A stretch of DNA of 64,000 nt from contig JAITUT010000044.1 in NCBI GenBank assembly GCA_031286325.1, forward strand, positions 27 through 64,026, read 5' to 3'. The position numbers were made by a program, and so were the translations under genes. The notes below the pieces were generated by a model. That model was not told where the DNA came from. It ran no database searches and saw only the letters and a program-made list of their open reading frames with translations. Of this stretch, positions 38,604 through 48,515 are shown piece after piece. This DNA is from Helicobacteraceae bacterium. Lineage in GTDB: Bacteria > Campylobacterota > Campylobacteria > Campylobacterales > SZUA-545. Within the stretch, counting starts at the first letter, position 1. Every line of letters begins with the position of its first letter.

Positions 38604-40289
38604 ATGGGCAACGAGGAGTTAGAAAAGATCGGGCTCGACGACGAGTTCGGCGGCGAGGATTTCGGCGCGATCCTTGAAAAATACGAGAAAAAGAGATCGC
38701 AAGAAAGCGGCAGTGAAAAACTTTCGGAGGGTGTGATTGTAAAAATCTCCGAAGACGAAGTGGCGGTAGATTTGGGCGGCAAAGCCGAGCGCAGACTTCC
38801 GATCGACGAGATCAAAGACGCGGCGGGCAATTTGCTCTACAAAGAGGGCGATAAGATCGCCATTTTAATCACTTCGCGCGGCGGCAGACCGAGCGTCTCG
38901 CACAAAAAGGCGTTAAAGCGCCAAAAGATCGCGGAATTTATCAAAACTCACACAACGGATAAAGAAAATCCGATAGACATAGACGGCAAGGTCGTCAGCA
39001 AAAACAAGGGCGGATATGTCGTGGAGAAAGACGGCGTGGAGTTCTTTATGCCCGCGTCGCTCGCGGCGTTCAAGCAGGACGCGAAACCGGTGGGCAAGAG
39101 CGTAACGGCGCGGCTTATCAAAATTGACGAAGCCTCTTTCACCCTTGTTTTGTCGCGCCGCGCGTTCCTAAATTCGCAGCGCAAAGTCAAGCGCGAGGCG
39201 ATCAAACGTCTTTCGGGCGATGATCGCGTGTTACCAGCGATCGTGCGCCGCATACAAAATTACGGAATGTTTGTAGAGACGGAGGGGGTAGAAGGTTTGG
39301 TGCATTTTACGGAGATCAGCCACAAAGGTCCCGTTAATCCTTCGACTTATTTCAAAGAGGGCGACGAAGTTTTTGTGAAACTCATAGGTTTTGACAAAGA
39401 CAAACGCCGCGTGAATTACTCTATTAAAGCGACGCAACCGAATCCTTGGCGGGAGATCGCCGATCAGTTAGAGGTGGGCGATACGATCAAAGTCAATGTC
39501 GCGAACATTGAAGAATACGGCGCGTTCGTGGATTTAGGCAACGACACGGAGGGCTTTTTGCACATTTCGGAGATGAGCTGGGATAAAAACCTAAAACATC
39601 CGAGCGAAATTTTGAAAGTCGGGCAGGAGATTGAAGTTGAGGTGATCGCGCTAGATGTAGAAAAACAGCGACTGCGCGTCTCGCTGAAAAAGTTGCAACC
39701 AAAGCCGTTCGAGAAATTTTCACGCTCGTATAAAGCGGGCGATCGCGTGAAAGGTACGGTCGTCTCTATTAAAGAGTTCGGCGCGTTTATCCGCGTAGAC
39801 GGCGTGGAGGGCTTGTTGCACAACGAGTATTGCAGCTGGAATCGCGGCGAAAACGCCAAATCGCTCTTCAAAGAGGGCGATGAAGTAGATGTGGAGGTCG
39901 CCAAAATTGACGCCGACAACAACCGCATTAGTTTCAGCCGCAAAGCTTTAGAGCAGAGCCCGATCGAGGCTTACTCGGACAAGCACGAAGTCGGCGACAT
40001 TGTGCAGGGCACGGTGCGCGACATTAAAAATTTCGGCGTTTTCGTGCGCCTTGAAGAGGGCGTAGACGCGATGATTCGCGCCGAAGACCTCGCGCCGATG
40101 AGCCCGGAGGAGATTAAAGTAGGCGATCCGATTGAGGCTACGATCGTAGGTATGGAGCCCAAAAAGGGCAAAATCCGCCTCTCCGTCCGCCGCCTTGAAA
40201 AGCAAAAAGAGCGAGACGCGCTGAAAAACATCAACGGAGACGATCGCAACAGCGCGCTTGGAGACGCGCTCGCCGCCCTCAAAAAATAA
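38604..40289 (+). CDS. rpsA: 30S ribosomal protein S1
   Basis: 561 aa with six S1 repeats (G..V.G.V..I..FGAFV...G.EG..H.SE). Confidence 0.95.
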   Translation: MGNEELEKIGLDDEFGGEDFGAILEKYEKKRSQESGSEKLSEGVIVKISEDEVAVDLGGKAERRLPIDEIKDAAGNLLYKEGDKIAILITSRGGRPSVSHKKALKRQKIAEFIKTHTTDKENPIDIDGKVVSKNKGGYVVEKDGVEFFMPASLAAFKQDAKPVGKSVTARLIKIDEASFTLVLSRRAFLNSQRKVKREAIKRLSGDDRVLPAIVRRIQNYGMFVETEGVEGLVHFTEISHKGPVNPSTYFKEGDEVFVKLIGFDKDKRRVNYSIKATQPNPWREIADQLEVGDTIKVNVANIEEYGAFVDLGNDTEGFLHISEMSWDKNLKHPSEILKVGQEIEVEVIALDVEKQRLRVSLKKLQPKPFEKFSRSYKAGDRVKGTVVSIKEFGAFIRVDGVEGLLHNEYCSWNRGENAKSLFKEGDEVDVEVAKIDADNNRISFSRKALEQSPIEAYSDKHEVGDIVQGTVRDIKNFGVFVRLEEGVDAMIRAEDLAPMSPEEIKVGDPIEATIVGMEPKKGKIRLSVRRLEKQKERDALKNINGDDRNSALGDALAALKK

Positions 40290-40331
40290 TTTTCTTCGCG
40301 AGTTTTCAAGCTCCGTTGCGAAATTTCAAAA

Positions 40332-40377
40332 CCCCCCTCTTTAAGGGGGTCGCCCCGCTTTTGTAAAACGGGGTTTT
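40332..40377 (+). terminator. tandem hairpins ending in a T-run after rpsA
   Basis: CCCCCT cttta AGGGGG is followed by CCCCG cttttgtaaaa CGGGG TTTT. Confidence 0.6.
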
Positions 40378-40379
40378 CC

Positions 40380-40764
40380 CGCCGTTGCTATTTTGGGCTT
40401 GCGATCTTACTGACGATCAAAAGGGTCTCTTTTGGACTTGTAATTCATTGACGATCAAAAGCGATCTGAGTTACGGACGTTCGCCGCAATAACGACCCTG
40501 CAACTCAAGCGGGGATTGCGACTTTGTAATTCTCTGATCGTTCCGCGCCAAAATGAGGAAATTGTGAGCGTAAGCCGCGATATTGTAGGGTCGAACTGCG
40601 TTCGACCGTCGTTTATTGTTCCCCCGTTATCTATTTGGAAACCCACGAAAATTGCAGTTACTTTTTTCGCTCGCGTTCAAAAAGTTGCGATTTTCGGCTG
40701 TTGCGGAATCGGGCGAACCGTAGTGGCGAACTGTGTTCGCCCGTTATCACTACACAGTTTGCCC
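40380..40764. repeat. mosaic intergenic repeat block D (palindromes at 40585..40607 and 40720..40742)
   Basis: It contains GTAG GGTCGAAC tgc GTTCGACC (both arms changed) and GTAG TGGCGAAC tgt GTTCGCCC. The module ttatctatttggaaacccacgaaaatYgcaRttacttttttcgctcgcg is nearly identical to block C. Confidence 0.8.
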
Positions 40765-41469
40765 TTAATTTTTAATCCCAAACAAATCGCTCAACAATAG
40801 CTTTTGCTCATAGATCGCCTTGCCTACGATCGCGCCGTCTATGCCTTGCGCGCTGAGAGCTGAAATATCGTCAAGGGCGGTTACGCCGCCGCTCGCGATC
40901 GTGAAACCGCCGAAAGCCTCTTTAATCCGCGCCGAAAAATCCACATTTACCCCGCTTAGCGCGCCGTCTTTGGCGATATCCGTGCAAATTACCGCGCGCA
41001 CCGCCGATCGCCTAAACCGCGCCGCGAACTCCACCGCGTCTAGCTCCGCCGTCTCCGCCCAGCCGCCTGTGGCGACTTTGCCCTTTTTGGCGTCTATGCC
41101 GATCGCGATCGGATAAACTTCGCTCATCGCGAGCGCCCAAGCGATCTCTTTTGCGGCGCGGCTTCCTAAAATCACGCGGCTCGCGCCGGCGTTTAGATAG
41201 TCGCCGATCGTCACCTCGTTTCTAATCCCGCCGCCGATCTGCACTTTAAGCCGCGTGGCGCGCACAATTTTCTCGATCGCCGCGCGGTTTTTCGCGAAGC
41301 CGCTAAACGCGCCGTCCAAATCCACAATGTGCAGCCACTTCGCGCCCGCGTCCTCAAATTTTTTCGCGATCTCGCTCGGATCGCCGTAAATTTTCGCGCT
41401 CGCCATTTCGCCTTGCGTTAGGCGCACCGCTTTGCTATCTTTCAAATCAATCGCGGGAAAGATCGTCAT
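40765..41469 (-). CDS. hisA: 1-(5-phosphoribosyl)-5-[(5-phosphoribosylamino)methylideneamino]imidazole-4-carboxamide isomerase
   Basis: 234 aa with IFPAIDLKD...VRL and VDLDGA. Confidence 0.95.
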   Translation of the reverse strand: MTIFPAIDLKDSKAVRLTQGEMASAKIYGDPSEIAKKFEDAGAKWLHIVDLDGAFSGFAKNRAAIEKIVRATRLKVQIGGGIRNEVTIGDYLNAGASRVILGSRAAKEIAWALAMSEVYPIAIGIDAKKGKVATGGWAETAELDAVEFAARFRRSAVRAVICTDIAKDGALSGVNVDFSARIKEAFGGFTIASGGVTALDDISALSAQGIDGAIVGKAIYEQKLLLSDLFGIKN

Positions 41470-41471
41470 CT

Positions 41472-42080
41472 TTACCTCATATCAGCAAAATTTCGCAGGA
41501 TCGTAAGCCCCGCGTTATGGCTCTTTTCAGGGTGCGGCTGCACGCCGAAAATGTTGTCGCTCTCAACCGCGCTCGCAAAGTCGTAACCGTAAAACGATGT
41601 CGCGCTCGCCGCCTCCAAAGGCGCGTGGTAGCTATGCACAAAGTATAACCGTTCGCGATCGGCAAGGTTCGTAAATAGCCGCGAAGGGCGGCGCGAAATT
41701 ATCTCGTTCCAGCCCATATGCGGGATTTTGATCGGGTGGGCGGCTCGCGCGGGGTCAAAGCGCGTAACTTTGCCCTTGAAAAACCCAAGCCCCGCCGCGC
41801 CCTCGCTCTCCTCGCTGCCCTCAAACATAATTTGCAATCCCAAACAAACGCCTAAAATATACCGCCCCGATCTTACAAAATCTTTAATAGCTTCGTCTAA
41901 ACCGCTCTCTTTGAGGTGTTTTGCGGCGTCGCCGAAAGCGCCCACCCCCGGCAAAATCAACTTTTCGCAATGCGCGAGATCGTCCGCTTTGCGCGCCACA
42001 AACGCCGCGCGATCAATTTTGGCAAGCGAATTTATAAGGCTCGCTAAATTGCCCATTTGGTAATCCACCACTCCGATCAT
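41472..42080 (-). CDS. hisH: imidazole glycerol phosphate synthase glutaminase subunit
   Basis: 202 aa with LPGVGAF, GVCLGLQ (catalytic Cys) and HSY. Confidence 0.95.
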   Translation of the reverse strand: MIGVVDYQMGNLASLINSLAKIDRAAFVARKADDLAHCEKLILPGVGAFGDAAKHLKESGLDEAIKDFVRSGRYILGVCLGLQIMFEGSEESEGAAGLGFFKGKVTRFDPARAAHPIKIPHMGWNEIISRRPSRLFTNLADRERLYFVHSYHAPLEAASATSFYGYDFASAVESDNIFGVQPHPEKSHNAGLTILRNFADMR

Positions 42081-42166
42081 TTTACGTCCGCCTTTACTTC
42101 CGCTGAAGATTTGTGAATTATACGCTAATCGTAAAAAAGTATAATACGCGCGTTTCGGAGGGCAAA

Positions 42167-42703
42167 ATGAGGTTCTTAGCGGCGGTTTTTGCTTTGTTTT
42201 TGTGCGTTTTGAACGCGGCGGCGGAGGAAAACTCGCGCGAAAGGGTCGGGATTTACGAGGCGAAACTCGTGGAATTGGCGAAAAAAGAGGCGATTATTGA
42301 CGCGATAAAACGCGCGAATGACGAGCCGCCCGCCGAGATGGACAACGAAAAGTGGGCTAGTTTAGCGGATACGGACGAGATTGTCCGCGCCGCGACTCAA
42401 AACGAGGCGGCGAAGCTTATTAGGCAGTTTGAGGCGGATAAAGGCGTGAAAAAAGTTTATTTGCGCAACTCGCGCGGCGTAATAATCGCGGGAAGCGCGA
42501 AAGCTCCGCTCTACAACGACGCCAAACACAAGCACATCGCCGCCGCTTTGGCGGATTTCGCGCCGCGCTCTTTACCCGTCAAAACCGATCCGCTAAGCGG
42601 CGCAAAGACCATTTGGATCGCCGTCCCCGTTATGGAAAACTCTAAGGCGATCGGCGTTTTGCATACTGAAATAATTTTGCAGGCAAGCGAAGCTCGCCCG
42701 TAA
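42167..42703 (+). CDS. hypothetical periplasmic protein
   Basis: An internal ATG at 42167 follows a GGAGGG RBS and gives the signal peptide MRFLAAVFALFLCVLNAAA. Confidence 0.5.
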   Translation: MRFLAAVFALFLCVLNAAAEENSRERVGIYEAKLVELAKKEAIIDAIKRANDEPPAEMDNEKWASLADTDEIVRAATQNEAAKLIRQFEADKGVKKVYLRNSRGVIIAGSAKAPLYNDAKHKHIAAALADFAPRSLPVKTDPLSGAKTIWIAVPVMENSKAIGVLHTEIILQASEARP

Positions 42704-42765
42704 ATTAACTTTGCCAAGCGGCAAAAGCGCGTAAAATCTGGGATACGCCGCTTAAAATGACGAGG

Positions 42766-43758
42766 TTATACGGTTTCAGCGTAAAAACATTTGAATTTTT
42801 CGCCCATTTGCGCGGGGTTTAGCAAAACATTTACGCGCCCTAACTCTTTTTGGTAAGCTTCGAAGCCTCGCTTCGTTTGATAAATATCCAAAAGTTCCGT
42901 TAAACCCATATTGATTAACGCGCTGTTTTGGCGCGTGATTTTTATCTTCGCGAAACCTGCTTTTTCAAAGCAATTTCGCAAATAAAAAAATGGAATATCC
43001 GCAGTGAGATCGCATTTTTGATAATAATTTCGCAGATTTTCTATTTCAAATAGCGGAATCGTTGCGTTTTGCGTGAAAATCCGCGCGGAGAAATCGTTTC
43101 TGGGAGATAATTCGCCGTAATCAAATGTCAAAAATTTAACATTTTCAAAATTATCGCGTAAATTTTTCGCAAAGTCAAAAAAGCCTCTGAAAATTTCGCC
43201 GCGATCAACGCCAAGAGTTTTCGCGATCTCTAAAATTTCAAAATTTCGCGCTTCTTTCCATACAATTTTATGATCTTCGACAAACGCTATTTTTTCGCCG
43301 TTAATTAAATCAAACGCAAAAGCGTCAAATAATTCGTTCGCGATCGCGAAAACGTTTTTATTTTTAACATTTTTCAGATCGTCCGCGATCAAAATTTTGA
43401 TCGCCTCGCCAAAACTTTGATCTAAATAGCTTTTTTGAATTTCGCGAAGTTTTGCGATCGGCTCTACAACGCAGAAATTTAACGAAAAAGCCAACTCTTT
43501 TTTGATCGTGAAAATAAACTGAATTATATCGGCGATTAGCCGCGCGTTGTGCGCGCCGAACTCCACGATCGCGGCGTTTTCCGCAAGATCGCCGCTTTCA
43601 ACGCGCCGCGCGATCTCGTTTGCGATCGCGCCGCCGAAAAAGGGCGAGATCGTAACCGCCGTGTAAAAGTCGCCGCGCATTCCGATCGCAGGCGCATTCC
43701 TGTAGTATCCGCCCGCGCCGTAGAGCCATTCCTGCGCGTAATCGCCGAAGATCGTCAT
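42766..43758 (-). CDS. MidA/DUF185-family SAM-dependent methyltransferase
   Basis: 330 aa with GDFYTAVTISPFFGGAIANEIARRV and VEFGAHN. Confidence 0.7.
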   Translation of the reverse strand: MTIFGDYAQEWLYGAGGYYRNAPAIGMRGDFYTAVTISPFFGGAIANEIARRVESGDLAENAAIVEFGAHNARLIADIIQFIFTIKKELAFSLNFCVVEPIAKLREIQKSYLDQSFGEAIKILIADDLKNVKNKNVFAIANELFDAFAFDLINGEKIAFVEDHKIVWKEARNFEILEIAKTLGVDRGEIFRGFFDFAKNLRDNFENVKFLTFDYGELSPRNDFSARIFTQNATIPLFEIENLRNYYQKCDLTADIPFFYLRNCFEKAGFAKIKITRQNSALINMGLTELLDIYQTKRGFEAYQKELGRVNVLLNPAQMGEKFKCFYAETV

Positions 43759-43764
43759 ATAAAA

Positions 43765-44955
43765 TTACGCGGAGACGAACTCGCAAGCCGCCGAGAGGCG
43801 CGAAAAACCCTCGTGAATTTCTAAGTCCGCGATCGTTAAGGGCGGCAGGAAGCGGATATGATCGGCTCCCGCGCGCAACACCAAAACGCCGCGATCGTGC
43901 GCGGCGTCTATGATTTGCTTTTGGATTTCGGGCGTTTTAGCTACGAGCGAGCGCATTAAACCCACGCCGCAAGAGGCGGTAAAGAGCGATTTGTAGTCGG
44001 AGAGGAGCGTCTTTAATTCGGCGTCAAAACTTTTGATCGCGCTGGCGAGGGCGCCGCTTTTGAAGTGTGATTCTAAGACCTCCAAAACCGCGTTCATCGC
44101 GGCGGTTGAGAGCGGGTTGCCGCCGAAAGTGGAGCCGTGATCGCCCGAAGCGAATACGCCGTCTAAAGTCGCGGCGCACGCGCCGATTGGCACGCCGCCC
44201 GCGAGGGCTTTGGCGAATGTCGCTATTTGCGGTTTCGCACCGCTTAATTCGCACGCCATAAATTTGCCGCTCCTGAAAACGCCGCATTGGATTTCGTCGG
44301 CGATCAAAAGGAGTTCGCGCCGCGCTAAAAACTCCGAAAGCGACTTTAATTCGGCGAAATCTAAGGGCGCGATCCCGCCCTCGCCTTGAATAGGCTCTAT
44401 CATCACGGCGGCGGTTTTTTCGGTGATTAACTCGCGAACCTGAGCGAGATTCTCGGCGTAAACAAAACCCGCTGGAAACGGCGCGAAGTGTTCGTGAAAT
44501 TTATCCTGCGCGGTGGCGGCGAGAGTGGCGATCGTGCGCCCGTGAAAGGAGTTGCGCAGAGTGATTATCTCAAATTTCCCGCGCGGCTCGCCCCATTTGC
44601 GAGCGAGTTTGATCGCGCATTCGTTCGCCTCCGCGCCGCTGTTGGCGAAGAAAATTTTGGGCGCGCCGCCCATTGCTTTTTCACAGAGTTTCGCTAGTTT
44701 TTCCGCCGCGATCGCCTGATTTTTCACTAGATAGAGGTTTGAGCAATGGATCATTCTGGTCGCTTGACTTGCGATCGCGACCGCTAATTTCGTGTTGCCG
44801 TGCCCTAGGCAATTTACGCCGATGCCGCTTGTGAAGTCAATGTATTCGCGCCCTTTGGCGTCGTAGAGCTTCGAACCCGCGCCGTGCTCAAATACGATTT
44901 CGCGCCGCGCGTAAGTCGGCAGAATGTATTGCTGATCTAATTTTTGTATGTCCAT
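43765..44955 (-). CDS. argD: acetylornithine aminotransferase (class III PLP aminotransferase)
   Basis: The start MDIQKLDQQYILPTYAR follows an AGGAA RBS. It has DEIQCG and TFAKALAGG (PLP lysine). The track start at 45054 is probably too far upstream. Confidence 0.85.
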   Translation of the reverse strand: MDIQKLDQQYILPTYARREIVFEHGAGSKLYDAKGREYIDFTSGIGVNCLGHGNTKLAVAIASQATRMIHCSNLYLVKNQAIAAEKLAKLCEKAMGGAPKIFFANSGAEANECAIKLARKWGEPRGKFEIITLRNSFHGRTIATLAATAQDKFHEHFAPFPAGFVYAENLAQVRELITEKTAAVMIEPIQGEGGIAPLDFAELKSLSEFLARRELLLIADEIQCGVFRSGKFMACELSGAKPQIATFAKALAGGVPIGACAATLDGVFASGDHGSTFGGNPLSTAAMNAVLEVLESHFKSGALASAIKSFDAELKTLLSDYKSLFTASCGVGLMRSLVAKTPEIQKQIIDAAHDRGVLVLRAGADHIRFLPPLTIADLEIHEGFSRLSAACEFVSA

Positions 44956-45412
44956 TTTGTTCCTAATAAGCCCGTGATCGCAAAACCCGCGATCACACAG
45001 ATCGCGCCCTAGCGATCCGCCAATTATCCCCCGCCCGCGCCGCATTTTAGTCAATGATCCCGCCCTGCGAGTTTTGCTTTAATTTGTGTAGGTCATTATA
45101 GCCAACGCTTAGATCGCGTAATTTGCGCCCACTATAAACGGTGAGATTTCAATGTTTCATTTGGAAAAGCAAATCTCAAATACCGCGCGATCGCGCGCGT
45201 TTTTGTTCGCGCGACATTTAGGCTCGCGAGGGTTGTCTTGCCAAGCGGCGACTCTTACTTGGCGGTTCGCTTCGTTCGCAAACATCGTTTTCTTCCGTGC
45301 TTTGCGCTCCTTTGCCGCGGATCGGGCGATTAACTCTCGCGGGCGCGGAACGGCAACCGCGAACGCCTCGCCATTGGCGAAAGCGGTTAGCAAAACCTAC
45401 GATTTTTGCGGC

Positions 45413-45432
45413 AAACCGACCATTGTGGGCAG
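45413..45432. repeat. left copy of the 19/20 direct repeat bracketing the R-M islet
   Basis: aaaccgaCcattgtgggcag here matches aaaccgaTcattgtgggcag at 48516..48535. The ttgcg just upstream is also shared. AT-rich DNA begins immediately to the right. Confidence 0.8.
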
Positions 45433-45479
45433 TTTTTCTATCACACTATTGGAAGCCAATGTCTGAAAACAAATTCGGT

Positions 45480-45923
45480 TGATTTACTTGGTTGGTTGTA
45501 TTTTTGCTTTTCTTCCGTCTTTGAATTTGTGTAATATTGTCATCATCACCTTTGCCGATAACTTCGAAAACTTCTCTAAAAACTCTTTCTTTGTCTTCGA
45601 AGAGATTGTAAATTCTCTTTATTTTCATTCTACAATTTATGTAACTTCCGTTTCCAAAATTGTGCATATGAGAATGAATTTGCTCTCAAAATTCCCTATC
45701 TGTTACTCTAAACTCTATTGATTCTCCGTCACAAATTCCTTTCCAAGCATCTTTTATGCCCTTTACTAAAATTGGAGCAACAATATAAATTTTTACATCA
45801 ATTTCTTCAACCTCTTCGATGCTTTTTCCTTGAGAATACAAGCGTCAAGCTCTTTGAAAAAAATGGCTTTCGTACCATCTGACGGCTTGTTGCAGTCTTC
45901 TTCCTTTTCAACCTCAATTCTCT
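45480..45923 (-). pseudogene. possible decayed gene remnants
   Basis: On the minus strand I read consecutive open stretches in three different frames (...KAIFFKELDACILKEK..., EEVEEIDVKIYIVAPILVKGIKDAWKG..., MHNFGNGSYINCRMK...), each ended by a stop. The region is AT-rich like the islet. Confidence 0.3.
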
Positions 45924-46382
45924 CTATTTTTTCTCTTTTTTGGCAGATCTAAAAAAGCCGCTTTTGTGTTTTTGAAATTCCTTATCATTAGCGGTAACAT
46001 AATCAAACAATTCAGGAGTTAAGTCCTCAGACTTAACAAGTTCACTGATTGTTTTAATGTTTTCTAATTTATTTCTTGTTTCTTCTGTTGGTGATAATGG
46101 TTTGGGAAGTGTCGCATCGAAAAAACGAGCAACTGCGGCACCCAAAAGTAATAGAAATACAGGATTTTTTACAATCTTAACCATGTATCTGCCAATTACA
46201 CCTCCCTCATTACGAGAAAAAACTTCTATTTCTAATGGAGTATCAAAGTATTTGTTCAAACTCAAAATCATTTGAACAAATTGTTTTTCACACTCATTAT
46301 AGACTTTTGCATCCATAGAATGCCAATTATCATCACTCAAAAAGTAATATAACTTTAATTGTATGACTTCTTGATTTTTCAT
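45924..46382 (-). CDS. hypothetical protein with one central hydrophobic segment, co-oriented with the R-M genes
   Basis: 152-aa ORF lying 6 nt downstream of the methyltransferase gene. It has the hydrophobic segment VFLLLLGAAVARFF. I recognise no motif. Confidence 0.5.
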   Translation of the reverse strand: MKNQEVIQLKLYYFLSDDNWHSMDAKVYNECEKQFVQMILSLNKYFDTPLEIEVFSRNEGGVIGRYMVKIVKNPVFLLLLGAAVARFFDATLPKPLSPTEETRNKLENIKTISELVKSEDLTPELFDYVTANDKEFQKHKSGFFRSAKKEKK

Positions 46383-46388
46383 TTATTA

Positions 46389-47621
46389 TTATCTTTTTTT
46401 CTCACAAATCACAACATATTCCCACAGCATTGTATTTACGGTTTTTCCTGCTTTATTAGTTGGCGAATTTTTACTCGGCATTGATTTGTTGCTTAATGCT
46501 CGCTTATAGGTAATTAAATGCTTAAATTCATTCCGCTCAAATTTTTCAGCAATAAATTGGTCAGTTGGCAACTGAACATTTTTTACGTTGCGATTCCCCA
46601 CTACATAAATTGATTTTCCGCCTTTGCAAACGCTTTTTGCTACTTGGTTGATCGAAAAACTCAAATCGTTGTAAAACGCCGAAACATCTAAGGCTCTTTT
46701 GCTATCCACTTTATTGATCTCAGAAATATAATCGGCAATAATTCCGGATTTAATATTTTGTTTCGGTTTTACGCCCCCCATCAACATTCCGTCAATTTTT
46801 CGGGCGTAATCAACCCCGAGCCATTCGTTAGAAAGCGTAGAAAATTGTCCGTAAGCAACGGTTGTGCGGCTATCGCCATAGGGCGGGCTTGTCAGCACCA
46901 CATCAAAATATTCATCTTTCGGCTGAAATGTAGAATATTGCACATTTACAGTTACATTTTTATCTAATTTTGGATAATAATAATTTGAATATAAGGAAAT
47001 TGTATCTTCCAATTTTTTGAGATAAATGCCGATAACGTCGGGATTAAAACGCAATAAGTCTTCTGTCTTCATACGGAATAATTTAAATTCATTGTTGCGT
47101 GTGTAGGAACATTCACGCACGGTTTCTGAAAACGGAATCAAAAAGAAGCGGCGAATATTTTCGTCTTGTATCTGCTCTATGAAATTCTTGATAATAGCCA
47201 AATTGGCGATCACTTGTGTTGAAAACCAATAGTCAATATTGGTAATTTTCGGAGGTTTCAGCGTTTCAATGTTTTTTTCGTTTTTTAAAAATTCATAAAC
47301 ATTGTTTCGTAATTCTTTTTTTGTTGCAACTATTTCATTTACAGAAACCTTTGTAAATCGCGCTTTTGAAATTAAAATCGCCAAAGGATTAATATCAAAG
47401 CCGTGCATTTCAGTTAAACCGCACTCCAAACCGCTGGCAAATGAAGAACCTGAACCGCAATAGGGGTCAAGCAATTTTCCGCTTTTTATATCCAATTCAT
47501 TGAAAATTTCAATACCAATTTGCGGCAACATCGTTGCGGGATATTTGTGCAAATTCGGATAAACTGTCGCATATGATTGTCCGATAAAATCATATTTTTC
47601 ATTTCTAACAACTTGATACAT
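46389..47621 (-). CDS. DNA amino-methyltransferase (N4-cytosine or N6-adenine), Type II
   Basis: 410 aa with motif I LLDPYCGSGSSF and motif IV VVLTSPPYGD about 190 aa downstream. Confidence 0.85.
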   Translation of the reverse strand: MYQVVRNEKYDFIGQSYATVYPNLHKYPATMLPQIGIEIFNELDIKSGKLLDPYCGSGSSFASGLECGLTEMHGFDINPLAILISKARFTKVSVNEIVATKKELRNNVYEFLKNEKNIETLKPPKITNIDYWFSTQVIANLAIIKNFIEQIQDENIRRFFLIPFSETVRECSYTRNNEFKLFRMKTEDLLRFNPDVIGIYLKKLEDTISLYSNYYYPKLDKNVTVNVQYSTFQPKDEYFDVVLTSPPYGDSRTTVAYGQFSTLSNEWLGVDYARKIDGMLMGGVKPKQNIKSGIIADYISEINKVDSKRALDVSAFYNDLSFSINQVAKSVCKGGKSIYVVGNRNVKNVQLPTDQFIAEKFERNEFKHLITYKRALSNKSMPSKNSPTNKAGKTVNTMLWEYVVICEKKR

Positions 47622-47623
47622 AG

Positions 47624-48304
47624 TTATAAATCTTTTATATTGTTGAAAAGTAACGGTAGTTTGTCTTCGTAAGTTCGGAAACCTGTACCGTGATTTCGAG
47701 CCATTGTGCCTTTGTCGTGTAAACGTAAATCTACCAAAACATTTTCAGCACGAAATTGGTTGGCTAACAATTCCGGCGAAGTTCCTTGCATAAGTTGTGC
47801 GCGATAAAAATGAAAATGTTCTACTCCGTTGCGTTCTTCTGTGAATGTTGAAACAAAAAGTAACGCAGGTAATTTTTGCATAAAGCGGTCAGCCAAAGTT
47901 TGGAGCAGCCAAGTAGCAACAATTTCTCCCGAAATGTGACGAACGGAAATTTCAGTTTTTTGCACGTCAAGAAATAAACCGGCGCTATTTGGTTTGAGCG
48001 ACATCGTGTAATAAAGCCCCTGTCTGCCATCTTTATCCAAACTACCATATTTTTTTACGGCTTCCAATGGAGGCATTTTCCAAACTTTATTGTTGAAAGT
48101 GAAAAGCGTAATCAAGCTATTGCCTTTCGTTCTATGCGCTTTCAGTTCGGCGCCTTCAATATCGGGGCGAGCCTCATTATTTTCAGCAATTCCTAATAAA
48201 GTTTCAAGCGTATAGCCGATACCTGTTGGACCTTTTCGTTTTGTTGGGACAAAACCTAAGCCTTTGATTTGTTTAAATTTATACGTAAATTCTTCTATTT
48301 TCAT
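47624..48304 (-). CDS. Type II restriction endonuclease, MvaI/BcnI-like
   Basis: 226 aa. The blocks GPTGIGYTLETLLGI, RPDIEGAELKAHRTKGNSLITLFTF, VEHFHFYRAQLM and VLVDLRLHDKG...NHGTGFR resemble BcnI/MvaI as I remember them. It lies 2 nt upstream of the methyltransferase gene. Confidence 0.65.
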   Translation of the reverse strand: MKIEEFTYKFKQIKGLGFVPTKRKGPTGIGYTLETLLGIAENNEARPDIEGAELKAHRTKGNSLITLFTFNNKVWKMPPLEAVKKYGSLDKDGRQGLYYTMSLKPNSAGLFLDVQKTEISVRHISGEIVATWLLQTLADRFMQKLPALLFVSTFTEERNGVEHFHFYRAQLMQGTSPELLANQFRAENVLVDLRLHDKGTMARNHGTGFRTYEDKLPLLFNNIKDL

Positions 48305-48515
48305 GTTTTATATTTTAATAATTGTAAAGATACAATTCTTTCAAATTGCTTTGGTTTTTCGTAAACCCCATCTTTGAACAACGTACTGCCCAAAATTGTA
48401 TACAACGCCCAAGCGGCTTGCTACAGATACGGGGTTTGCCGAACTTTCCACGAGGCGCCAACGGTGATGTCGCACATTTATTGCACGGCGACGAACCCGT
48501 CTCCGCGCTTGCGAT

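Noticed and set aside
45152-45466. ORFs flanking the R-M islet: 45152..45466 (+), 45157..45393 (-), 48315..48632 (-) and 48346..48666 (+). I also considered whether excision at the direct repeats restores a gene.
   Set aside because: The joined minus-strand translation is Arg-rich and unconvincing. No motif is recognisable in any frame, so they are left uncalled.
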